Positions 10,300-19,028 of a DNA stretch of 64,000 nt are shown here, one piece after another. The position numbers and the translations under genes are program-made. The first letter of the stretch is position 1. Each line of letters begins with the position of its first letter. This DNA comes from Bacteroidia bacterium (GTDB lineage: Bacteria; Bacteroidota; Bacteroidia; SpSt-205). The notes below the pieces were generated by a model, which searched no databases, was not told the origin of the DNA, and was given only the letters and a program-made list of their open reading frames with translations. Where the stretch lies: contig BPGV01000001.1 in assembly GCA_026003215.1 (NCBI GenBank), positions 2,202,466-2,266,465 on the forward strand, in the 5' to 3' direction.

Positions 10300-11754
10300 T
10301 TACTCGCCTTGCCCCTTAGAAAAGCCCTCTATTCCGTCAAAACGGCAGAGGTGTTCAGTTTTGATAAAGTCCAGGCCTGCTTGCTTGTATGCTTGGAGGG
10401 CCGCAATCACATCGTCGTGGGTGATAGGCTGGCCGGTGGCCGAGAGCAGGCGGGTACGCCAGTGGTCTGTGAGAAAAGTCTCTTCTACGGTGTTGGGCCA
10501 TACGGCTGTACCTCTATTAGAAATCATTGTCAGCTTAAGCGTGGGGGGGATGGCTTTTTGGATTTTCTCTGCCAGTTCTTTGGGGTGCCCAGGTAGCCAC
10601 TCAACAAACACATCTACGCCGATGAGCTCTTTCTTCGGACGGTTTTTGCGCTCGTAAGGGGGGATATGAATGGCCTTGGAGGCGCCGCCTTCTTGGGTAT
10701 AGCGCACGACTCTAAGCTGCTCGGGTAGTTTCCCAAGGTTGCGTACCACTGCCTCCGCAAACTCTTTGGTACCTACTTTTTCGCGGGAGACCCCTTCTCG
10801 GTAGATGTCGTAGGTATGGTAGCCTTCTTCGATTGTACGAAGCCAGGCATTATGAACGCGCTCCGCTACTTCGGCTTGGCCGATATGCACCAGCATCATA
10901 ATACCCGCATGAAGGAGGCCGGAGGGATTGGCTAAGTTTTGGCCTGCACGGCGGGGGGCAGAACCGTGGATAGCTTCAAACATGGCCACATTCGGGCCAA
11001 TGTTTGCGGAGCCGGCCAGCCCCACAGAGCCGGCAATCTGGGCTACCATATCCGACAAAATGTCCCCGTATAAATTAAGGGTTACCACTACATCAAACTG
11101 TTCTGGCGTATCTGCCAGCTTAGCTGTGCCGATGTCTATAATCCAGTGTTCTTTTTCTATGTCGGGGTATTCGGCGCCGATTTCATCAAAGATTTTATGA
11201 AAAAGCCCGTCGGTAAGCTTCATAATGTTGTCCTTGGTCATGCACGTGACTTTTTTTCGATTGTAGGCCCGTGCGTATTCGAAGGCGTACCGAATGATTT
11301 TTTCAGTGCCGGGCCGTGTGATGATTTTGAGCACTTGGTAAACTTCGGGGGTTTGGCGATGTTCTATGCCCGCGTACAAGTCTTCTTCGTTTTCCCGCAC
11401 AATCACCACATCTAAGCCGGGGTATTTTGTCTCAATAAAAGGATGATAAGACACACAAGGGCGCACGTTAGCAAAGAGATTGAAGAGCTTACGAGTGGTT
11501 ACATTGAGGCTTTTAAAGCCGCCCCCCTGTGGGGTAGTAATAGGAGCTTTATAGAAGACACGGGTTTGCCGTATCACATCAATCGCCTCCGGGGTGATGC
11601 CGGCGGTATGCCCTTGGAGGTAGATTTTTTCCCCGATTTCAATCACATGAGGCTCTATTTGGGCGCCTGCTTCATTCAGAATGTGCAAACAGGCCGACAT
11701 AATCTCGGGGCCGATGCCGTCCCCGTACGCTACAGCTATGGGTACTTTGGCCAT
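10300..11754 (-). CDS. icd: Isocitrate dehydrogenase (NADP-type, isocitrate/isopropylmalate dehydrogenase family) with a C-terminal extension
   Basis: MAKVPIAVAYGDGIGPEI..., the substrate-binding region, and the NLYGDILSD metal/substrate loop typical of the IDH/IMDH family. 484 aa. Confidence 0.75.
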   Translation of the reverse strand: MAKVPIAVAYGDGIGPEIMSACLHILNEAGAQIEPHVIEIGEKIYLQGHTAGITPEAIDVIRQTRVFYKAPITTPQGGGFKSLNVTTRKLFNLFANVRPCVSYHPFIETKYPGLDVVIVRENEEDLYAGIEHRQTPEVYQVLKIITRPGTEKIIRYAFEYARAYNRKKVTCMTKDNIMKLTDGLFHKIFDEIGAEYPDIEKEHWIIDIGTAKLADTPEQFDVVVTLNLYGDILSDMVAQIAGSVGLAGSANIGPNVAMFEAIHGSAPRRAGQNLANPSGLLHAGIMMLVHIGQAEVAERVHNAWLRTIEEGYHTYDIYREGVSREKVGTKEFAEAVVRNLGKLPEQLRVVRYTQEGGASKAIHIPPYERKNRPKKELIGVDVFVEWLPGHPKELAEKIQKAIPPTLKLTMISNRGTAVWPNTVEETFLTDHWRTRLLSATGQPITHDDVIAALQAYKQAGLDFIKTEHLCRFDGIEGFSKGQGE

Positions 11755-11766
11755 ATCGCCGCAAAC

Positions 11767-12336
11767 CTACGAACTTTTTAAGGCTATCTGCAGGAGGTCT
11801 TCGGCGGTGCCTTCGGGCAGGGTAGAGAGGGCTTTTTCTAAGCGCGTGTGGGCTTCAGCGGCAGTGAATCCCAGAGCCAGCATAGCTTCGTACGCTTCTT
11901 GATAGGCAGGCGGAAGGGAAGCCGAAGGCAGGGCCTTTAAAGCAGAACGCAGCTCTAAAAGCAGGTGTTGGGCCAGTTTGGGGCCGATACCTTTTATGCT
12001 GCTAATCGTCTTAGCGTCGTTTGCTTGTATCAGGTGCATAAGCTGGGAAGGGCTGAAATGGGATAATAGCGCCAAGGCTTTTTGGGGGCCTACCCGCGGG
12101 ACTTTCTTAAGAAGAAGGAAAAAGTGCCGTTCTTCTTCCGTAAGAAACCCGTACAGGAGCGGCTCTCCTTCCTCCCGGGGGAGCCAAAGTACCGTAAAGA
12201 GGGTACAGCTCTGCCCCACGGACAAGCGTTTGCTCACGGATAGGGGCACTTGCAGCGTGATACCCAACGGGCCTACCTTCATGAGGATTTGGTGGGGTTT
12301 TAGGGCGAGCACTTCCCCGGCGAGGTAGGCGACCAT
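11767..12336 (-). CDS. ruvA: Holliday junction DNA helicase RuvA
   Basis: The internal start MVAYLAGEVLALKPHQILMKVGPLGITLQVP matches the RuvA N-terminal OB domain. HhH motifs are present (ISSIKGIGPKLAQHLLLEL) and a C-terminal domain III. The track ORF has a spurious 66-aa upstream extension. ATG confirmed at 12334-12336 on the complement strand. Confidence 0.8.
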   Translation of the reverse strand: MVAYLAGEVLALKPHQILMKVGPLGITLQVPLSVSKRLSVGQSCTLFTVLWLPREEGEPLLYGFLTEEERHFFLLLKKVPRVGPQKALALLSHFSPSQLMHLIQANDAKTISSIKGIGPKLAQHLLLELRSALKALPSASLPPAYQEAYEAMLALGFTAAEAHTRLEKALSTLPEGTAEDLLQIALKSS

Positions 12337-12388
12337 ACTTGCAAATGTGCCGGAAAATCTCCGTACCTTTGCGGCAAACACACACACT

Positions 12389-12931
12389 ATGCGGTACGCA
12401 CAGTACATCGCCGGAGTCGCCCTTTTATGGGCGGTAGTGGCCTGCAGCAGTGGGCCCAGCAAAGAGTTCGTAGAACAAGCCACAAAAGAACTCACAGACC
12501 TCAAGGGCGCATCAGAGAAGCTGAATGCTCTCAAGGGGGATGTGGCCAGTCTTCAGGATCCCTTCGCTGCCGTTAAGCAGGAGCTGGGTAAAGTTTGGAC
12601 AGAGAAGGTAGAAAAGGACAAAGAGCTGGTGGATAAAGCGAATGCCCTTACGGAGCAAGCGAAGAAGCTCTCTGAAGAAGTGGCTTCTGTCGAAGGACAG
12701 CTTAATAGCGCCCTGAGTGAAGCCCAAAGCTTTGTAGACGGCTTGGCTACGCAAAAGAAGGGAGACGAAGAGCTTAAGAAAGAATGGGAAGCTATCAAGA
12801 CCAAGATTACCGAAGCAGCAGGCAAGGTGGATCAGCTTGCTGGCCAAGTAGCTCAGCTCAAGCAAGAAGTGCAGGCGCACACCGAGGCTATTAAGGCGAA
12901 GTATGCGCCTAAGCCGGCGGCTAAGAAGTAA
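12389..12931 (+). CDS. Coiled-coil lipoprotein (hypothetical)
   Basis: Start MRYAQYIAGVALLWAVVACSS gives a signal peptide plus lipobox. The remainder is a K/E/A-rich coiled coil (apolipoprotein-like heptads). It is divergent from ruvA. Confidence 0.45.
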   Translation: MRYAQYIAGVALLWAVVACSSGPSKEFVEQATKELTDLKGASEKLNALKGDVASLQDPFAAVKQELGKVWTEKVEKDKELVDKANALTEQAKKLSEEVASVEGQLNSALSEAQSFVDGLATQKKGDEELKKEWEAIKTKITEAAGKVDQLAGQVAQLKQEVQAHTEAIKAKYAPKPAAKK

Positions 12932-12996
12932 GGAGTAGTAGAGCTTCCAGTAAGTCGAGGCGCAGGTCGTCCAGGCCTGCGCCTTTTTTCTTAACC

Positions 12997-13803
12997 TTGC
13001 GGTGGATGTGGCGTAGCTTCTACTGGAGCTTAGGGGGCATAGTTTTCCTGGGTGTTATGAGTGGATGTGTCTCTAAGTCGCAGCTTTTTCGTACGCCCTA
13101 TGATAAAGACCTTCGGAGAGCCCTCCGCAAACAAAAGCAGGGATGGGTGACCGCGGGGCCTTCGGCAAACATAGCTCCTGCGCCTACTACCCCGGTCTTG
13201 ATGGCCGGGCAGTTTTTGCGCATGGTATTAGAAACACCGAGGCCTATAGTAGAAGAAGGTAGCTTTTGGCAGGTCGTGCATGTGGATACCTTACGTATTC
13301 TGGAAGATAGCTTGGTGTATATTCCTTGGCTGGGGAGTATCCGGGTGGGGGGGGTGCCCCTGGATTCGGCTCAGAAGCTTTTAGAGGGGGTAGCCCAACG
13401 GGTATTTACAGGGGCACGTGTACGCCTTTATCCTTTGTATCCCTATTATATTTTTGGATATACTTCTCTGCCTGGGCGTATTTTTCTGGAAAAAAGCCGG
13501 ATAAGCTTGGTTGAAATTCTGTCTGTGTTGGCGGCAAATCCTTCTTTCTCAGCTTTAGACTTAGATTTTAGCAAGGTAAAGGTACTAAGGGGAGATCTCG
13601 GCAATCCTCAGGTTTTTCTCATAGATATCCGTGACGCTTATATGATGGATGGGGACTTTTATTTCTATGCCGGGGATATTTTGGTTATAGAACCTCGGCA
13701 AATGGTCAGATTGCGTTTGGAGGCTCAAAACTACCTGGCCTTTATAGGCATGACTCAAGTACTAAACCTCCTTTTGTTGGTTGCTTTTAGATTAGGGCTG
13801 TAG
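12997..13803 (+). CDS. Polysaccharide export protein (Wza/Poly_export-like with an SLBB-type domain)
   Basis: Signal/TM segment, then regions resembling Poly_export and SLBB beta-grasp domains. It lies directly upstream of a Wzc-like BY-kinase. Homology is only moderately clear by eye. Confidence 0.5.
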   Translation: MRWMWRSFYWSLGGIVFLGVMSGCVSKSQLFRTPYDKDLRRALRKQKQGWVTAGPSANIAPAPTTPVLMAGQFLRMVLETPRPIVEEGSFWQVVHVDTLRILEDSLVYIPWLGSIRVGGVPLDSAQKLLEGVAQRVFTGARVRLYPLYPYYIFGYTSLPGRIFLEKSRISLVEILSVLAANPSFSALDLDFSKVKVLRGDLGNPQVFLIDIRDAYMMDGDFYFYAGDILVIEPRQMVRLRLEAQNYLAFIGMTQVLNLLLLVAFRLGL

Positions 13804-13804
13804 T

Positions 13805-16186
13805 ATGGAAGCGACTGAAGTAAAAGATATATGGGACATTCGACGCATTCTTATTATTATTACTCGGAAGTGGTGGTGGCCTTTTCTTTCTCTTGTATTG
13901 GCCTTAGGGGCGGCGTGGGCTTACTTGCGGTATGTAGAGCCTACCTATAAAAGCGATGCTACTATACAAGTGGATTTATCTATTCCTTCTATATTGTCAG
14001 ACAAAAGAGAACATAGTACTTTTCCTACCGAACTATTTTTTGAGGGTTATATGGAAATTTTTACATTACATGAAGTTGTAAAACAGGTAGTAGATACACT
14101 GCATCTGGATTGGGAGATTTATTCAAGGGGAAAGGTGGGTAGAACGTTGATTTTTCCTCTTCCTTTCTATATTGAGCTGAGCCCATATACTTTGGACTCA
14201 ATATTTTGGCATAGATACAAAAGTGTAAGTGTTAGATTTTATGAGGATAAAAGTTATATGATTTATGCGGGAGATTCATTGTCTTTTTCTGGGGAGGTTG
14301 ACAAATGGGTTGCTATACAAGGCGGAAGGTGTAGGATACGTTGGGCAGAGGGCAGCAGGGTAGCCCCCGGTGAGTATGAGATTTATCATTTCCCTCGGCC
14401 ACAGGTGATTACTTCATGGCAGCAGCGGATAAGTATTGTGCCTAAACGTGGTCTTACTGTTTTGCAAGTCAGTATAATGGATAAATCGCCTACTCGGGCA
14501 GCTTATGTACTTAATATGCTTTTACATGTGGCTCGGGATTACGAGAAGTCTTTGAAACAAATCCAATATGAAAGAGCTATAAAATATATTGATACCCTTC
14601 TTGCATTTGTTGGCCGAGAGATTGGTAAAGTGCAGGATACTTTGGCTATCATAGAACGGCAAGCAGATGCCCCATTTATGCAAGCAAGGCGTGAATATGC
14701 ATTAAGAGCTTTTACTACAATACTTGATCAATCTGAATGGAATCAAAGGAAAGAAGTCCTAAATGATTTGCTATCACAAGTGCAATCTCTTATAACTATT
14801 CTGAAAGAAGGCCGAAAGAGTCCCCTTACTCCTATTACTTCGTCTCTTGATGACAAAGAGCTGGGGGCTGATATAGTAAATAAAGCTAATGATCTCATAC
14901 AAAAGTGGAATCAGTCCTTGCGTATTTATCATGAAAATGCCTATCCGCTAAATAAATTGCGAGAAGATTTGATACAATGGCTAACTTATGCGTATAGTGT
15001 GTTTTCTGTCCAAATTAAATATATTGATATGCTTTCTTTGCAAATTCAGAAGAGCTTTTTCAGTCAAAGAGGAAAGATGTTTCGTGATATATCAATGGAA
15101 AGGGATTTTTCTATACTTATGGAAAATCTAAATCTTAGCAGAGAAATATATAAGATGCTCTTGGAAAAGAAAATACAATTTTCTATTGATAAAGAAGCTA
15201 TTGTTTCTTCCATACGTATTACGCAGCCTTCTATCGTACCCATAGTGCCTTTATATCCAAATCCTTTTCAAGTGTATGTTATTGCATTAGCTTTTGGGCT
15301 AATATCAGGTGTCGGCGGTATTATATTGTGGTATGCTTTTACCCAGACTGTCTCTTATCGAGTAGATTTAGAGGGATTAGCACCGGTCTCTATTTTGGGC
15401 GAGCTACCGTATGCTTCGGCGGATAGGTCTGCTACTGTACCTATTTCTGGGATTCAGTTGGAGGTGCTTCGTAGTCTGCGTAGTGCGTTGAGTTTTGTGT
15501 GGGATGCGGAGGGCACGCCTACTTTGATTGTAAGTTCTACTGTAAGTGGCGAGGGCAAAACGTATGTGACCCGCAGTTTAGCTTATGTGTATGCCTTGGC
15601 GGGGCATAAAGTGCTTCTTATAGATGCGGATTTGCGGCGTGCTTCTCTTTCCCAAGAAACCGGCTTGCGGGGAAATGGCCTCACCCTCCTTTTGGCTAAT
15701 CCGCACCTTTCCGATTCGGATATAGAACAAGCGATAGTTTCGTATGGACGAGATAATTTCTTCTTCCTCTCGGCAGGTCCCTCCGCCCCTAATCCACCAG
15801 AGTTACTTGAAAGTCCCAATATGAAAAATATTATTGCGTATGTTCAAAAAAATTTTGACTTTATATTTATAGATACCGCTCCGCTTGGTCTTGTATCAGA
15901 TACCTTGTCTATAGTTCGTCATACATATAACTCAGTTATTTTGTATGTGTTTCGTGCAGATTATTCAAAAATCTCTTTTCTTAAGCATTTATATGATTTG
16001 GTGCAAAAAAACCACTTAAGGAAAGTATATCTTCTTTTCAATGGTACCAAGCTCTCAAAGCCGCGCTATGGGTATGGGTATGGCTATGGCTATTATGGGA
16101 AAGAGTATGAGCGAAAGTATTACTTCTCTCCCTCGGACCGGAAGGGGGCTACTTGGGCCAAACTTCGGGAGTGGCTTCCGCTATGA
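13805..16186 (+). CDS. Chain-length determinant / tyrosine autokinase (Wzc-like BY-kinase)
   Basis: Two TM segments flank a large periplasmic coiled-coil domain. Walker A (SSTVSGEGKTYVTRSLA), Walker A' (LLIDADLRR) and Walker B (FIFIDTAPLG) are present. The C-terminus carries the Tyr cluster YGYGYGYGYYGKEYERKYY. Confidence 0.75.
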   Translation: MEATEVKDIWDIRRILIIITRKWWWPFLSLVLALGAAWAYLRYVEPTYKSDATIQVDLSIPSILSDKREHSTFPTELFFEGYMEIFTLHEVVKQVVDTLHLDWEIYSRGKVGRTLIFPLPFYIELSPYTLDSIFWHRYKSVSVRFYEDKSYMIYAGDSLSFSGEVDKWVAIQGGRCRIRWAEGSRVAPGEYEIYHFPRPQVITSWQQRISIVPKRGLTVLQVSIMDKSPTRAAYVLNMLLHVARDYEKSLKQIQYERAIKYIDTLLAFVGREIGKVQDTLAIIERQADAPFMQARREYALRAFTTILDQSEWNQRKEVLNDLLSQVQSLITILKEGRKSPLTPITSSLDDKELGADIVNKANDLIQKWNQSLRIYHENAYPLNKLREDLIQWLTYAYSVFSVQIKYIDMLSLQIQKSFFSQRGKMFRDISMERDFSILMENLNLSREIYKMLLEKKIQFSIDKEAIVSSIRITQPSIVPIVPLYPNPFQVYVIALAFGLISGVGGIILWYAFTQTVSYRVDLEGLAPVSILGELPYASADRSATVPISGIQLEVLRSLRSALSFVWDAEGTPTLIVSSTVSGEGKTYVTRSLAYVYALAGHKVLLIDADLRRASLSQETGLRGNGLTLLLANPHLSDSDIEQAIVSYGRDNFFFLSAGPSAPNPPELLESPNMKNIIAYVQKNFDFIFIDTAPLGLVSDTLSIVRHTYNSVILYVFRADYSKISFLKHLYDLVQKNHLRKVYLLFNGTKLSKPRYGYGYGYGYYGKEYERKYYFSPSDRKGATWAKLREWLPL

Positions 16187-16209
16187 GCTGGTGGCCTTTG
16201 GGGAAAAAA

Positions 16210-16905
16210 ATGCCGGAAATTAATCTCGGGGTGGAGCTGGGGGTGGAGGTCCATAATCATGTGCTGCCTGGGGTAGATGATGGGGCTCGTACTATGGAAG
16301 AAGCCCTTCAAATGCTTTTCTTCTGGGCAGAAATGGGCTACCAGAAAGTCATCGCTACCCCACATCAAAATACGTATATGCGTCCTTCTTATACGGATAT
16401 CATTCAGGCGCATGAGCGCTTGCAGAAGCAGGCCCAGGAACAAGAACTCCCCATTTTGCTCACTTTTGCCGCAGAATACCTCCTTGAGCCAGAACTGCGC
16501 ATGGAGCTCCCCCAGCTTCTTACTTTTGGCCCCCAAAAATACCTCCTCGTAGAAATGGGGTTTTGGAGTCTGCCCGCCTCGTGGCAAGCCTTTTTCTTCG
16601 AACTCCAACGCGCCGGCTATACCCTCGTCATCGCCCATCCCGAACGGTATGAGTTTGCTGATGCAGCCCTCCTCAAAACTTGGTATGAACAAGGGCTTTA
16701 CCTTCAGATAAACTTACTCTCCTTAGGCGGATTATATGGAAAAAAAATACAAGAAAAAGCCGAATATCTCTTAGAAAAAGGATGGGTACATTTTGTAGGC
16801 AGTGATCTTCATCGGGTAGAACATATCCCTCTTGTACGGAGGGCGCTCATGCACAAGCTTTTGCGAAAGCGAATTGCTTCTTTCCTCAATCCTACACTCC
16901 TATGA
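16210..16905 (+). CDS. PHP-family manganese-dependent protein-tyrosine phosphatase (CpsB/YwqE-like)
   Basis: VEVHNHVLPGVDDGA is the CpsB N-terminal motif (HxH...DDG), with further His/Asp metal ligands. It overlaps the BY-kinase end, the typical Wzc-CpsB pairing. ATG verified at 16210. Confidence 0.65.
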   Translation: MPEINLGVELGVEVHNHVLPGVDDGARTMEEALQMLFFWAEMGYQKVIATPHQNTYMRPSYTDIIQAHERLQKQAQEQELPILLTFAAEYLLEPELRMELPQLLTFGPQKYLLVEMGFWSLPASWQAFFFELQRAGYTLVIAHPERYEFADAALLKTWYEQGLYLQINLLSLGGLYGKKIQEKAEYLLEKGWVHFVGSDLHRVEHIPLVRRALMHKLLRKRIASFLNPTLL

Positions 16906-17381
16906 AAGACTATTGGGGTCGAATCTGGATTATAGCTATTTTTATAGCTATTGTGGGGCTAAGCAGCTTCTTATGGTGGAAGGGTAGGCAGATTGTAGAG
17001 CCGGCGCGGGAAACTTACCTGCTGGCAGAATCGCAGCGCCTTTTAGGCTGTTCTCCTTATATGCTGAATAAAGGCATTATTATTGACCAAAATGATAATG
17101 GCATACCGGAATATATTTTTTCCTGTGACTCCACTTTGAGTGAAGCCCACCAGCGTTTTGTCTGGATAGAGGTGGAGCATAAGAAAGTACAAGTGCTCTT
17201 GCATTATACCGAGCAAGGCTGGCAGGTAGGCGGGGGTACAATCCGGGGCCCTTTTTCCTGGCTCATAGATAGAAGGAAAGGCCAGCTGCTGCTGGTGCCT
17301 GAAGAGGAGGGTACTGCTACTGAACCTATCGAACTCATATGGGATCCCGAGCAAAAATGCTTAACGTTAGGAGAGCTGTAG
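16902..17381 (+). CDS. Hypothetical membrane-anchored protein
   Basis: A single N-terminal TM segment (IWIIAIFIAIVGLSSFLWW). No recognisable motif. Has a 4-bp overlap with the upstream gene. Confidence 0.3.
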   Translation: MKDYWGRIWIIAIFIAIVGLSSFLWWKGRQIVEPARETYLLAESQRLLGCSPYMLNKGIIIDQNDNGIPEYIFSCDSTLSEAHQRFVWIEVEHKKVQVLLHYTEQGWQVGGGTIRGPFSWLIDRRKGQLLLVPEEEGTATEPIELIWDPEQKCLTLGEL

Positions 17382-17719
17382 GCCTGCATGGCGTAGAAGT
17401 ATATGGGCATGTAGGCTTTTTCCCTGAAGAACGTAAAATGGGACGCCTCTTTCGTATAGACGTGGAGGCTGAGTATGGGGTAGAGGAAGTGCAGGCTATC
17501 CCCCCCATAGATTATCGAGAAGTAGCCCAGCTTATCCGAGAGGCCTTTACGCAAGAAGGGGTGCTCATAGAGCATATCGCGCAATCGCTCGCGGAGGCTA
17601 TTTTGGCTCGGTGGGAAGCTGTGGATAAGGTATGGATACGCGTACATAAGGTTCATCCACCTATAGGTATCTTAGCGGAGAGTGCTTATGCGTATGTGGA
17701 AATGGTGCGTTCTGCTTAG
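17357..17719 (+). CDS. folB: Dihydroneopterin aldolase
   Basis: LHGVEVYGHVGFFPEERKMGRLFRIDVEAEY matches the FolB core (an E/K catalytic pair context). About 120 aa. Confidence 0.6.
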   Translation: MLNVRRAVGLHGVEVYGHVGFFPEERKMGRLFRIDVEAEYGVEEVQAIPPIDYREVAQLIREAFTQEGVLIEHIAQSLAEAILARWEAVDKVWIRVHKVHPPIGILAESAYAYVEMVRSA

Positions 17720-18287
17720 TCTATTGTGGGCGCAAGGGCGCGATACCCTCGTCGTGATAGAAACACCGAAGGGGGTCATGCGCCTCCAACTGTATCGCCA
17801 GACGCCCCAGCATCGGGCAAATTTTTTCAAGCTGGCCCAGCAAGGTTTTTTTGATGGGACTACTTTCCATCGGGTAATCCCAGGATTTGTTATTCAGGGC
17901 GGAGATCCTAACTCAAAAGACTCAGACCCTGCCAATGATGGGATGGGGGGGCCGGGCTATACTATTCCGGCGGAGATTCGTCCCGAGCTAAAACACACGC
18001 GAGGAGCCGTCGGAGCTGCGCGCTTAGGGGATGCTGTCAATCCGAGCCGAGCTTCCAGTGGGAGTCAGTTTTATATCGTAGTAGCTGAAAAAGGGACGCC
18101 TTTTTTAGACGGAAGTTATACGGTGTTTGGTAAGGTTTTGGAGGGTATAGCGGTGGCGGATAGCCTTGCGCAGGTGCCCCGAGATACGCGGGATAGGCCC
18201 CTTATGGATATGCCCATGAAGGTTCGGCTGGAAGTGGTCAAGGTGAAAAGACTGCGCAAGCGCTACGGCGATGCCTATCAGCCATAG
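17682..18287 (+). CDS. Cyclophilin-type peptidyl-prolyl cis-trans isomerase (secreted)
   Basis: Signal peptide, then cyclophilin motifs FHRVIPGFVIQGGDP, MGGPGYTIPAE, GSQFYIVV and YTVFGKVLEG. Confidence 0.8.
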   Translation: MLMRMWKWCVLLSLLWAQGRDTLVVIETPKGVMRLQLYRQTPQHRANFFKLAQQGFFDGTTFHRVIPGFVIQGGDPNSKDSDPANDGMGGPGYTIPAEIRPELKHTRGAVGAARLGDAVNPSRASSGSQFYIVVAEKGTPFLDGSYTVFGKVLEGIAVADSLAQVPRDTRDRPLMDMPMKVRLEVVKVKRLRKRYGDAYQP

Positions 18288-19008
18288 AACGGCTGCGCTC
18301 TCGGACCCAGGGCGGTTGAGAGAAAATAATGAGGATAGGGTGGCCTACCTTACCACCCGTTATGGGGCGGTGTGGATGGTATGTGATGGGATGGGTGGCC
18401 ATGCGGCGGGCGAAAAAGCCGCAGAACTGGCGGTGCAAGCCGTAGTGGATTTCTTTTCACGAGTTTCTGAAAGTTTGTCTCCTTTTTTGCTATTAGAGCA
18501 GGCCTTGTACGAAGCTAATGAGGCTATTTATAAAATAGCGCAGCTACACCCCCAGTATCGCAAGATGGGTACTACTTGTGTGATAGCTTTATATCAAGAG
18601 GGGCTCTTGTATTATGCGCATGTAGGGGATAGCCGGCTGTATTTATTTCGGGAGGGGCAGCTGGAACAAAAAACGCAGGACCATTCGTATGTGCAGTTTT
18701 TGATAGCGCAGGGGCTTTTGACGCCGGAGGAAGCGGAGTTTCATCCGCGCCGACATGTGATTTTGCGGGCGCTGGGCCTTACATCTCGGCCAGAGCCAGA
18801 GGTAGCACCGGAGCCGATTATTATACAACCGGGAGATTGGGCGCTTTTATGCACCGATGGCTTGAATACGATGCTCTCGGACAAGGAGATTCAAGCCATC
18901 TTATCGGCTCCAGTTTCTGTGGAGGAAAAAGCTCGGCGCCTCGTAGAGGAAGCCAACGCTGGGGGAGGCATGGACAATGTCAGCGTGGTCCTCGTGGAGT
19001 TTTTCTGA
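18271..19008 (+). CDS. PP2C-family Ser/Thr protein phosphatase
   Basis: LSDPGRLRENNEDR, VCDGMGGHAAGE, and a C-terminal DG...DN metal-binding motif (GGGMDNVSVV). Confidence 0.75.
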   Translation: MPISHRTAALSDPGRLRENNEDRVAYLTTRYGAVWMVCDGMGGHAAGEKAAELAVQAVVDFFSRVSESLSPFLLLEQALYEANEAIYKIAQLHPQYRKMGTTCVIALYQEGLLYYAHVGDSRLYLFREGQLEQKTQDHSYVQFLIAQGLLTPEEAEFHPRRHVILRALGLTSRPEPEVAPEPIIIQPGDWALLCTDGLNTMLSDKEIQAILSAPVSVEEKARRLVEEANAGGGMDNVSVVLVEFF

Positions 19009-19028
19009 TTTTCTTACCTTTGGGGGGG

